Origin: Amoebophrya sp. A120
Lineage: Eukaryota > Protista > Dinoflagellata
Direction of reading: 5' to 3'
DNA length: 64,000 nucleotides
Assembly: GCA_905178155.1 (NCBI GenBank)
Contig: CAJINV010000010.1
Coordinates: forward strand, 3,802,587-3,866,586
The translations under genes were made by a program, and so were the position numbers. Positions 12,069-23,352 of this stretch are shown here, in pieces. The stretch's first letter is position 1. Each line of letters opens with the position of its first letter. The notes beneath the pieces are model-generated. The model ran no database searches. It saw only the letters and a program-made list of their open reading frames with translations, and was not told where the DNA came from.

Positions 12069-13812
12069 TCCACGTGAGGAAGTGCCGTCCAGTTGGGATC
12101 TGCTCGGCGGGGAAGCAGCGCTGGCTGTAATCTGGTAACCAAATGCGTGCGCGCGCGCGCGCAGAGCGCGCTGCGCTGCCACACTGCTTGGTCTTGCCGG
12201 TGCCTCCAGCTTTTGGGAGTGCAACGAACCCCGTCTGCCGTTTTTGTGACGAGTGTAGTTATACAACGCAGCGAGTTGCTGGTAAAAGAGGATCTCTGGA
12301 ATTTAAATTTTTCAAAGCGGTAGATCACAAGCAAGAGCAACGATATGCATGTTTAAGAAAACAGACAACAAGAAGAGGCTATCATCTCCTGTGAAAAAAG
12401 ACGCAAAACAAAAATCACAAAGGGATAGATATATGAACAGCACTACGTGTATGATTTTTTTGATTTATTTAAAGGTATGAAACGGTATGAGATAGAGTGT
12501 AAACGACATCGAGGATTTTCTCGGATCACGTCGTACCTAGGGCGACTGTGTTTCAAAAATGTAAATCTCGATCGGTCAATGCACGCTGGAACTAAAATGC
12601 TCACATCAAAAAACACAAATCTGTAATGCAAATTTCGAAGAACCCACAGCACAAATTCGGAACAGAACTTTTTTACAAATCGTAGATGAAAATGCAACTC
12701 AAAGAAGTCGGCTCGTAGCAGAATGAAGGATGAACAGGATGTCGGTCTTTCGTATGAAATCGATCGCGCAAAAAAGAAGTGTCGTGCAGTGCTACTATGT
12801 CGTTTTCTATAGAGTTTAAAGTGCGTTTTCAAATATTTAGCTTTTCGGAATTGTCACACAACTGTCTCCCAGGGTCATGTCGTGCGCTTAAAGAATTCAC
12901 GGTAGGCACGGTTAGACTTTACCCCCCGAACCCGTTTGTTAACAGCTCTCGAGTACATGATCCAAAAAACTGCATGACAGATTTGAAAAAGCCGGTGATG
13001 ATGATTTAGAGATTTGGAAAAAGGAGAAAAACAAAAACAACACCACGCGATGGGTTGAAAATAGGCTTGATGTGTTTTGATTTTTGTGTTCTGCCCTTTT
13101 TACATGACCAGTAGACAGAGCAAAGGTAAGACTCTCGAGAAATATAGAGTGTTGGTTCGTCTTCTCGCTTTAACAAGTGTTTGGGACCAAACGAGAACAA
13201 AGTAGTCCCCGACAGGAGGGACCAGGACAAACGCAAACTTCGCCTTAACAACTTTTTGCACGGTCGTGTTTATCTAGCAGTGCCGCTATTTTCTTTTTTT
13301 TGGTGATCCGCATCCTCTACTGTTTCTTCTTATGCATCTTCGCCTCGGAGACGGAGGTAGTGGAAGAGGTAGTTTTCTTTCAGATCCGTTTTGAATTCAC
13401 TTTTGTCTCTGAGATTCAAATTGTATGGTCGTTGTGTTCGTGCGTCGTGCTTTCGTTTTCCTTTTCAAAATCGCTTTTGAGATGGTCGTGGACCATAATT
13501 TTCCGGCGCACGAAGATCTGCTTTCTGGTTTTTCTGATCTTCTAGTCTTCCGCTCTGATCTTCCAAATATTCGCGAAAATGCTACTGGAAAAGATGTTGA
13601 CGCTGCCACGATTTGTGACGGAGGTTGTCTTCTGCGCCACAGAGCAGTATTCTCAGAAACGCGGTTCGAAATCATGTATACGAAGACCAGCGCTATTCGG
13701 TTTCGAATCCGATTCGAGTTACTGTTTCTTGCGGAGGCACCGAAGTTGTAATTGAAATTCAAATATAGTACTTGTTACCATTAATAGTCGAGAACTAGAT
13801 CTTCACTTCATC

Positions 13813-16800
13813 ATGGCCTCTTCTACGCTCCTTCCACCCGTGCTCGGGCTTGCCTTCGGGATTACCCTCCGCTATCTTTGGTTTTCGATGCTCGACGCGA
13901 ACTATGCAGATAGAGGACAACTATTTCCACACCACCTCATCGCTTGTTGAAGGGCATTTTTCACAGCAAGGAAGACAAAGTTGAGAGTGCAGGTGTTGCA
14001 TGACAAACTCAGGCCAGGACTGTATTTCCGTTTGGGATCTAAGTGCTTCAATATTGCGAAAAATACACTTGTGAGTTAGGAAAAGAAAAGTTGTCATGCT
14101 AGTACTGCCAAACGGCAGTGACAGGATTTGGAATTTTGCATGGCAAATGAGGAGGGGGGGACGAGTGATTTTACCTTTTTCATACGAGCCACTCCATTCT
14201 TGAGGACGAACCCGAGCTGAATAGCCTATCTAAGCGGAAAATTCAAATTGTGTTTTTAGTGGTCGCACTTTGATGTATTGATGCAGGACATGCAAATGCA
14301 TTTGATGGGTTGCGTTGGTTTGTCCTTCAAAGGAAGCGTTGGACGACGAGGGAGTGTTGGGTCGTCCTTCGCCTTTCAAGCGGCGCGTTTGGAGCAGTTG
14401 GACGTAGTCTCTGCACATGACAAACTTTTGCTGTCATAGCAGACAGATTTGTGATGCTGTTTAATATATGTCCCTGAACAACAATTACTTAAAGCTACAC
14501 TGAAACTACACTTTGACTTTTTTCTTACATACCCCCCAATTACGAGTTACCAGCGGTTCCGCGAGACTGCTTTTTTGTACGAGCACGTGCACAAGTTCGA
14601 CTTGGAAAAGCTTTACCAGCCGTACCAAAATCTGAACTACCTGCCACCCCTCTTGTTCCTCTTTTTGTACCACGGGACTGCGACCGTCTTTCCGCACGAC
14701 TTGTCCTCCTCCAAGTTGCTGTACTGGTGGTTCCTGTGCGGCGTCGACGTGTGCGTGTTTCTGTTGCTATTTTTGCTCGCGAAATGGAAAATCACCGCCG
14801 CTGCGGGAAAGACAAAGAAGCAGCTGTACTACCGCTTCTACCGCGACCACAGGGACGAAGAAGAATATTACGACCAGCATGTTGATCACCAGCCTCTGCT
14901 GACGCCGACCGCGGTATCCTGAGTAAAAACGTCCCCACACCCTGAGTCAAGATGGGAAATCTGCAACACAAATCTCCGAGTTTTGGGAGTTCTGCATGAC
15001 AAGTTTCCATCTCCAGTGTAGTGCTGGTTAGCAAGGAAAGCCGCATGAGTGAAAGCCACCTACTCATCCTGTTTACAGCATTACAAATTCCAAAACACGA
15101 CAGGAAATGCCTCTCAAGGAGATGCGCATTACAAATGTTCCTGTCATTCCCAATTTGCATGACAACTCTGGGGTGGGGACGTTTTTACACAGGATACGCG
15201 GTTGGTCTGGTTTACTTCCTGAATCCCTGGGTGATGGCCGGACACAACGCGATGTGCTGTCAGAACCTGCACGGTTTTCTCTTGTTGGCCGCGATTTGCG
15301 CCGCGTATTCGGGTATCAAATGCAAAAATGTCTGGGTCTGGAACTTTGCTAGACTTGTCATGCAGGTTTTCCATGACCCATGTCATATGATCTGTAATGG
15401 AGGACCTAGCATGACAGATTCCGTGAGATCACTATCATGCCTATCCTGCATGACAAACTTCCTCTCAAACCCTTGGTTTTTCGGGCTTGTTCCGGCCTTT
15501 TGCATGATCTGATGCTGTCTCGGTCGGTGGTGTACGCGGTTCCATCTCTGCTCCCTCGGTTGCGGACGTTTTTGCATTTGTCCGCTGCGACAGTTCGCCT
15601 TGTTTGCGGCTGCTCGCCATGAAAGCAACTACATTACATCTTGCCTCACTTTTTTTAAGATGGGTTTTTTCGTAGTTGGGACTGTGCCATAGTAGATGAC
15701 TTTACCGCTTTTTTGCTTTTCTTTTATCCCTCGGCGCTGGTGGGTCTGCCGGCAAAGTTATCCCTACTCAGATAGCTACATAGCTCATCCCGCAGCCGTC
15801 CCAGGAGCTCTTGTGACTGTCTCTCGGTAGAGATCGCTTTGCCCGTGCTTATTCCACTCAGAGTTTGCTGGGTAGGTGGCTACCGTTTTAAGTTTATAAC
15901 CGAATGGGACGCCCTGCCCTTAGCCTTCCAACATGACAAACTTCCTCTCAACTTGATCAAAAGTGGACAGCATTTGGTAATCATGCAACACAGATTTTTG
16001 CATGATTGTGATTCAGATTTAGCATGCCAAGTTCCAAGCTTCCAGACCCAGACATATTTGCATTTGATATCGGGCAAACAACTCCTGACCGCGGTTTTTT
16101 ACAGCTTGGCGCTCTACTGCGTTCCTTTCACGCCGTATCCAAGAAAAAAACGTTGTTAGTGTAAATTTGTGATGCGCAACACTCAAGATGATTGCGTGTG
16201 TCATACTTGGCATGCATCGCAGGGTCCATTAAAGGGCGTTTTCACGTACTATCTGCGCATGACAGGTTTTTGCTGTCATGCCAGACAAATTTGTAATGCT
16301 GTTCCTCCAAAAAAGTTACACCTATAATGTTTTTTTCTTGGATACGCCAGTGATCTTGTTTGTGCCATTGCTGGCGTTGTTGGCGAGTGATTTTTTGTGT
16401 AGAAAAGAGGATGGAGTTTTGCGACTTCCTGGAGGCGTAGCATCCTCTTTAAAAACAAGAACGACGTCTACTAAAAACCCGGCGCCGCCAGCCCTCACAG
16501 TAGACCTGGCACGGCAAGTGGCGAGTGACTGCAAGAAGTATATCCAGTGCAATAAATATGATCCCTGGAAGATGTCTGGAAGGATGGAAAGGTTTGTCAT
16601 GCAGCTTTCGCATGACCCAGAAGTAGGTCTGGCATGCACGCCGTAGCATGATGACAGGCTTTCTCGTTCTTGGGAAGGTCTGTTAATGCGTAATCCGCAT
16701 GATCATGAAGACCAAGCTGTTCATCTTGTTTTGGTTTCCAGAATTGCGGCGCAACTTATATTGGCTACTTGCACAGCGCGCGACAGATTTTTGTGTGATG

Positions 16801-19800
16801 TGAAATTATGCGCATCACAACAAGTTCACATCCTTGTCCCTTCAGACATCCATGGTGGATCTTTGCGCTTGATAATATACTTGGATTTTCGGTTGATCAC
16901 CGACAGAAGCGAAGTGCGGAAAATCGCAAACGACCGGATCGCGGAGGTGGAGCGAGCAGCAGATCATGCGGCGAAAAGTTGTACTCTTGCTCAAAAAATT
17001 GTTGAAGAAAAAGACGATAATGTTGATGCTGCAGGACCCACTTCGAGGACCACGTCAGCTTCACGGAGCAATAACATCACGCCATCTTCGCCGGCAGGAG
17101 AGGAGACGAGGACGGAAACGGCCCAAAAAAACCGTGAAGACGAGCCGAGTTCTTGCCTTTCCCCAAAGGTGATTCTTCCTGCAAGTAGCGGTGGTTCTGA
17201 CGTTCTGCTGTCTTCCACTTGTTCCGAGAAGATGTTGACAAACGCAAAAGACAGCCTAACTACAACGACGCCCGCAGTGGTCACCTCCTCCACCTCCGGC
17301 TCGCCTACGACCTCAAAACTTATTCTGACGCACCCCCTGTGCTTGAGCCCCGAGTTTTTCCGGGAACACGGACTTTTTTTCCGGCTCTTTTTCCTGCAGC
17401 TTGGGAAGGTTTTCGGTATTATATCAAAAGGTATTATATATCCCTCCCCATACTGAAAATGTATGTTTCTAAAAATTTGTGATGCTGATTTGTGACCACT
17501 AATCCTGTCTCTCGTGCAAGAGGGCAAACTCAGAGACTCCGCCACGATATGCAGGCGATTTGTAATGCTGCAAGGCCTATAGGGCAGACGTTCACGTTTG
17601 CCATGCTAGGCCCCTACACCAAGAGGCCCCTCCTTAGGCTTACGATCTGCGTGCAGTCCTTTGCTGCAAGACAAATGTGATTTGTGTACTCAAATACAGC
17701 AGCGCAAATTTCTGTGTAGGTCCGCTCTGCGGTCTACGGACAACTCGACGAAGAAATAGAAGAAGAGACACAAAAGCACTTTCTTACATGAAATTTTATA
17801 TGCGCGTCAGCTGTGTTTTGTATGAATATGTATGCCGTAGATCGCATCGGCAACGGCCGGGGCATTATGTTTCTGAATGTGATTCTTGAGGTAGCCCATG
17901 GCGGAGAGGACTACTGTCCTCGAGTCTGCGGGAGTAGCTACCCCTCCCCTGCTCCGGGTTGTAGTTGCCATTGGCGTCATTGATTGCGGTCGACAATATC
18001 CTTTCCCGCTGATTGCCTTCTTTGGGTTTGTGTGCGGTGAGTAGGAGCTTGCTCCTGATTGGTGCAGCGGTGTCGGAGGTTTTGCAGCATTCACGCACAA
18101 ACTGCATTTTTGGAAACGGAGGGGGGGCGCGGGACCCCCATCATGTCGTCGCGGCGCGAAGCCGCAAATCCCTGGTCTTCGTTCACCATCAGAAGCTTTC
18201 GACCGGTGGGGCGCTTCACTGAAACTAAGGTTCTTCGTCATCGTGGAAAAAACTGGATCGGACGTGTGCCGCTGCTACCGGCTCGACACGTACAAAGCGA
18301 ATTCAGCGCGTTGCGCGGGAGTACCTACCCCTCCCCTGCTTCGGGTTGTAGTTGCCATTGGCGTCATTGATTGCGGTCGACAATACCCTTGCCCGATGAT
18401 TTCCTTCTTTGGGTTTGTGTACGGTGAATAGGAGCTTGCTCCTTTTTTGTGCCGCGGTGTCGGAGGTTTTGCAGCATTCACGCACAAACTGCATTTTTGG
18501 AAACGGAGGGGGGGTGCGGGACCCTCATCAAGTCGTCGCGGCGCGAAGCCGCCAATCCCTGGTCTTCGTTCACCATCAGAAGTGTTCGACCGGTGGGGCG
18601 CTCCACTGAAGCTGAAACTGAAACACTCTGCCCCCCGGTCCTGGCAAAAAGAAAAAAAAAAATACAGCAGCGCAAATTTCGTTTTCGATATAGGGAGGGG
18701 GGATATTTCTTTTTTATATATTACCGCAGCGCTTCTCTACGTCTCGCACCTCCTCTGCAACGAGAGCTGGGGCTTCCTCCACTCCTCCTGCTTCGCAATC
18801 TTGCAGATTGAGGACTTGAGCCCGAATCTCGGCTGCTTTTGGTACCTGTTCCAGGAGATTTTCCCGAAGTTTTATTACAGTGAAAAATGCTCCCCCCCCA
18901 AAAGTTGCAAAAATTTGTGATGCGAGGTTTCCAAGTGAACCAAATTCATGCATGAAAGGAGTATGAATCTTTCTGATGCAGAGTCTAGGCGTATATCGCA
19001 TCGCTTGCATGACAACCGCCGCTCTTGCTGGGATCTTTTGCAATACAAATTTTTGCTATTCGCGATCGGAAATTTAAGTAGCTTTTCAGGAGAAGTTTAC
19101 GCTAAGTGGTCGCGATTTATTGGTTTGAGTAGGCCTAGAAAAGGCACAGGGACGGACTGCCCTTAGAACTCCAATGTGATGCTGATAGATGCAAGAGGGC
19201 GAATGTTTCTTTTGGAAAGGTTTGCAATACAAATGCGGGGGCATTTTTCATTGCAATAAGTTTATCGTCCTGTTCCTCTCCGTGTTTCACGGCCACTTGT
19301 TGTTCTACGTGTGCCCGCTTTTTCTCTTCCTGGCGCTGGACTACAAAAAGTCGAAATTCGGCCCACTAGCCAACTGCGTGGTGGCGTTTGGGCTGGTCGC
19401 CCTGTTCCGCCCGTACCCCACGGTGGTGGACTTTTCGCTCTTATCAACTGCAAATATGTCTGGGTCTGGAAGAGTGCAAGACTTGTCATGCAGGTTTTTC
19501 ATGACCCACGAGGTCTGGTATGGAGGACATAGCATGACAGATTCTGTGAGAGTTCTATCATATTAGATACCTATCCTGCATGAGAAACTGCCTCTCGATT
19601 AGGTCAAAAGTGGACAGTTTTTGGCAATCATGCAGCACAGAGTTTTACATGATTCAGATTTAGCATGACAAGTTGCTTTGTTCCAGACCCAGACATTTTT
19701 TTTTGATAGTTCCTGGTCGCATTGTACTGCGTTTTTGCGGACCAGGTGCTGCCGGGGAAAGTGTCCGCCAGGGTCAAAACGAGGATCTTTCTGTTGGTGA

Positions 19801-21736
19801 AGAAAAAAGAGACGAAGACCACGGGTTTCCGTACTAGAAGTGCAACTATGCATTGCAAAACTATAATCGCACTGGCATAAATTGCATCACAAATTCTTCA
19901 AGTCGAGAAATGAAATTTGCAATGCTGATTTACCTCCTTAGAACCCCTCGTCTAAGAAGGGAGATTTGTTGACATGCATGTTGACTGACTGCAAGTACTT
20001 AGTACGAGTGCGGTTCTTGTTTTGCACAGCATAGCAACCTCCACTTCTCCTGATGCGGAGGTGATCAAGCAGAGTAAACTGCAAGAGGATCTTATCCAAG
20101 AAAGAAAGATTGTAGGTGTAAATTTTTTTGGAGGAACGGCATCGCAAATCTGTCTGGCATGAGAGCAAAAACCTGTGGTGCGCAGATTTTACGTGAAAAC
20201 GCGCGTGTTGAATGGACCTTGCAAAAATGCATTCATTCCCAGTATGGAGACAGCCGCAATCGCTTTGTATGGTGCGCATCTTCACTACAAAGTTACACTT
20301 ACACAGTTTTTTTCTTGCATAGATCTTCAGCTAAACGAGGAGTTTGAGGAGGTTGAAGCTTTGGCAACACAACTAGGAACAAACAACCAGATATTTATTG
20401 ACAAGAAGCCCTCGAAGATGTTACTGGAAGATTCTCGTGAAGAAGGAGAAGTAGATGAGAGCAATCGTGTAGGTGCCTCAGAAGATGACGAGGATGTTGG
20501 TCAAAATGATGCAGACGAAGACGAAGACGACACGCCCTGCGTTTGTTTCGAAATTGTGTCACCGGGAGTACGCATTGCAAATATGTCTGGGTCTGGAAAA
20601 GTGCCAAGTTTGTCATGCATATTTTCCATGACCCATGATGCCTGTGATGCATGAGCATGCCCCAGCATCACAGATTCTGAGAGAGCTTTCCGATGCTCAT
20701 ACCGCATGAGAAGTGCCCTGTTCGCGTGGCAAAAACTGGACCGCTTTTGCTGTTCATGCAATACAGGTTTTATGTAGAAGAGTCCAAAGGTAGTATCACA
20801 AAGTTGCATACTCCCCGACCCAGACATGTTTGCAGTTCATAGGGAGATACAGGCGTCGATTTGCAGCTTGTGGAGCGAAAAAGCGTGAAAAGATCTGCGT
20901 CCTCATCTGCAGCTTCCGCCGCCGGATCGGCTGATCCAACAGAACAAGTAGCGGAAGGAACAAATACTGCACCGACGACGGCGGTTAAAGATCATCATGA
21001 TACTACAAGAACCTCGTCCGAGGCAGAACTACATCAAACTACTGGCGGCACGAAGAGCAAGAAAAACAAACTGCAGAAACTCTTTGCTTTCTTGTCACGG
21101 ATGAAGAGGAAACAAAACGGCGCTCCTGCAGCTCCTGCTGATGATGATTCTGGAGCCTCTACAGCCACTGGCTGCGACGAAGCCTGTGCAAACGCACGAA
21201 CAGCAGAAGAGTTTGTTTTCGTGCATGAGGTAGAAGATCAATGCACGACCGCTAGTGCTTCGTCCGATGAACACCACGATGATCAGGATGGTGCGAATAA
21301 AGCAACAAGAGATAGTCGCGGAGAAGTGGGTCTTTCTGCTGTGCCGTCGTCGACAGTTGAAGACAGGGCCAATAAAAAAGAAGGATCTTTTCATCCACCT
21401 TCTAATTGTACTAGTACACCAAAGTCAGCAACGAGTTCTACTCCTGCAGCGGTTAATATTTCTACTACCCCTGCTAGTTCTTCCCCCTCGAGCTGCAGCT
21501 CCACCAGCACGACCTCCTACACCCCTCAGTCTCGCATCGTGTTGCAGCTCGCGTTCGCGTTCTTTGGGATTACCATGTACCCGGTGATGACCGCGGTTTG
21601 GCTGTATCGGAACACGGGCAATGCGAATTTTATGTTTTTCATGCAGCTGCTGTTTCTCGTGTTTGCGAGCATGACGCTGATGGAATTTGTCGGGATCTGT
21701 CACCACGCGCAGCTACTCATTCCACCGAGGTGTTAG
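13813..21736 (+). CDS. PIGU: GPI transamidase subunit PIG-U (GAB1/CDC91L1 family), 12 introner introns, long low-complexity insertions
   Basis: The spliced product has PIG-U motifs ELNSPITSYQRFRE, YFLNPW, DLSPNLGCFWYLFQEIF, LFRPYPTVVD and WLYRNTGNANF. Introners: 13903-14184, 14227-14531, 14915-15196, 15314-16069, 16136-16344, 16541-16874, 17422-18718, 18873-19258, 19442-19708, 19847-20033, 20093-20321, 20569-20841. Confidence 0.92.
15469..15931. mobile_element. 463-bp insertion nested in a family A introner, 20-bp TSD
   Basis: CATGACAAACTTCCTCTCAA is duplicated at 15449-15468 and 15932-15951; removing the insert leaves a normal-length family A element. Confidence 0.8.
16136..16344. mobile_element. 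Introner family D (about 210-230 bp; TIR TATCCAAGAAAAAAAC)
   Basis: TSD CGCCG/CGCCA. Related copies start at 20093, 30637, 41358 and 49397. Confidence 0.88.
17422..18718. mobile_element. Introner family G (TIR TATCAAAAGGAAAAATCCCCCTCCCCATA) enlarged by a nested retroposon
   Basis: TSD TATTA. Normal-size relatives at 32902-33223, 41623-41939 and 43701-44011. Confidence 0.85.
17713..18659 (+). mobile_element. Dimeric SINE-like retroposon with A-tail and 21-bp TSD
   Basis: TSD AAATACAGCAGCGCAAATTTC at 17692-17712 and 18660-18680; 3' A5GA-run tail; two related units of about 300 nt start at 17928 and 18315. Confidence 0.8.
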
Positions 21737-22585
21737 TTAGTAGAATGGACCTTTATTTTTCTTCTGTGAAGATAACAGGGAACACGGTAAGTACTTACTA
21801 CTTGCGCCAGGGAGTTGTCAGATGAGCTTGAAATCAAAGTGAAATTGTTTTTATACTGCAGTTGTAATATCGTTGCTCGTGCAGAAAAACCGCTCCTCAC
21901 GGAGAGTGCTCGCGGTTTATTACTCGGAAAGGTTTTGTGAAAACCTTAACCTTTTGCCATATCAGTATCACGTGAGCTGAAGATGGTAGTTTCAGAGGAA
22001 CGAGCTTGTTCAGGATTAGTATCTATGTTTGTATGTTCTTTTTTCCACGTCGCAAAGCAGCTGGTGGGACGGCAAATTGAGTGGGCGCAGTTAGTACCAG
22101 GCTGCAGGCTGCATTGGTTCGGTATTTGATGAAAAATTAGTTTAGAGGGGCGAGTTGTGCAAAGTTGCCAAAGTAGACGAGAGAGGGGCGGCGCGTTTTC
22201 ATCAGTAGTAGATTCTGGGAAGAGCGGGAGAAAAGGAAAATAAGTTTCGCGGAGGAACGTATGAAGCCGTTTAGATTCACTATTAGTGTTACACAAGAAC
22301 TTGCTGTGCCCAGTCATACTGAAAGACTGGTGTACATCAAATAAATTCTTTGCTAACCTCGGCGGAAGATGCCTCAAATTCAAATACGTACGAGTTGACA
22401 TTTTGGCCTCGACAAAAACCTGCTGTTGGAGTTTTCAAAGAAGGAAAAGCGCGCAACGCGACCTCATGCTCGCAAAAAATTCCTCCGCGGTTTGAGGGTA
22501 TTATTTTCCGAACAACAACGGGAATTCAGCTCATTTTTTCCCGGATAACATCAGCAAGACACCTAAAAGTGGACAACTTTCACCG

Positions 22586-23137
22586 ATGGACCACTCTGTG
22601 CAGGCAGAAGCGACCTCGTTCTCGGCTGCTGCAGCCTGTGAAAGAGTAAAAATATCAGAGGGTTTAATGTTTGCTGCAGATCCATCTGCAAATAAAAACC
22701 CGAGCTGCAGCCAAGATATTAATCATCTGCGGGGTCGCGCCGTCCTGCCACCTCCAGCTTCTACAGGTCGTGGCTCAAGAACACAGTTGCCCTCAACACA
22801 CCTGTTTTGCAGCACGACTACCTCCTGGGCTGCGGAAAAAGTGCAGAAGCAGGTGACAGAGGATTTAGCGAAGCACAGCCTGATTCCCGTAAAGCCCCGG
22901 TTTCTCAGTCTAGCGCTGTTCGTCGGCTGTTTTTTCCTCACGAGTGTTTTGGAGTACTTGTTTTATCACCAGCTGCATTTTATTCCGGAGGAACAGGAGC
23001 ACCAACATCAACGGAGCGACCAGCTGACAGCGGCGACTGGAGGAACAACATCGAGCGTAGAGGGACTAAGAGAGGGCGGCGCTGGTCGTGCAGCTTCTGA
23101 AGATGCACAAGAAGATTTACGTCACGAAAATCGTTGA
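22586..23137 (+). CDS. Hypothetical protein with one hydrophobic segment
   Basis: 183-aa ORF with a TM-like stretch FLSLALFVGCFFLTSVLEYLFY; no family recognised. Confidence 0.3.
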   Translation: MDHSVQAEATSFSAAAACERVKISEGLMFAADPSANKNPSCSQDINHLRGRAVLPPPASTGRGSRTQLPSTHLFCSTTTSWAAEKVQKQVTEDLAKHSLIPVKPRFLSLALFVGCFFLTSVLEYLFYHQLHFIPEEQEHQHQRSDQLTAATGGTTSSVEGLREGGAGRAASEDAQEDLRHENR

Positions 23138-23352
23138 TCAAGGTTGTACTGGTACTACGACTTGAAGAATAATCAAGCAGTTGCAAAGGATAAGAAGCCG
23201 CGGGCGAACCAGTACTTCTGAAACGAGTTATCTTCTGGTGCCATTTTGATTTTTATCCGCCGGGCCATCTCCATCATCTTCTTGTTCTTCCAGTGATACC
23301 TCCATAGTTGAAGTACTTGCACACCGAACCACGCTCGAAGTGAGTACTTAAT

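Noticed and set aside
1-14795. Tandem duplication of the PPR/PIG-U segment as a real gene duplication
   Set aside because: Near-identical including introns, and the first copy ends at a 100-N scaffold gap. It is most likely redundant contig overlap or a haplotig; read depth would decide.
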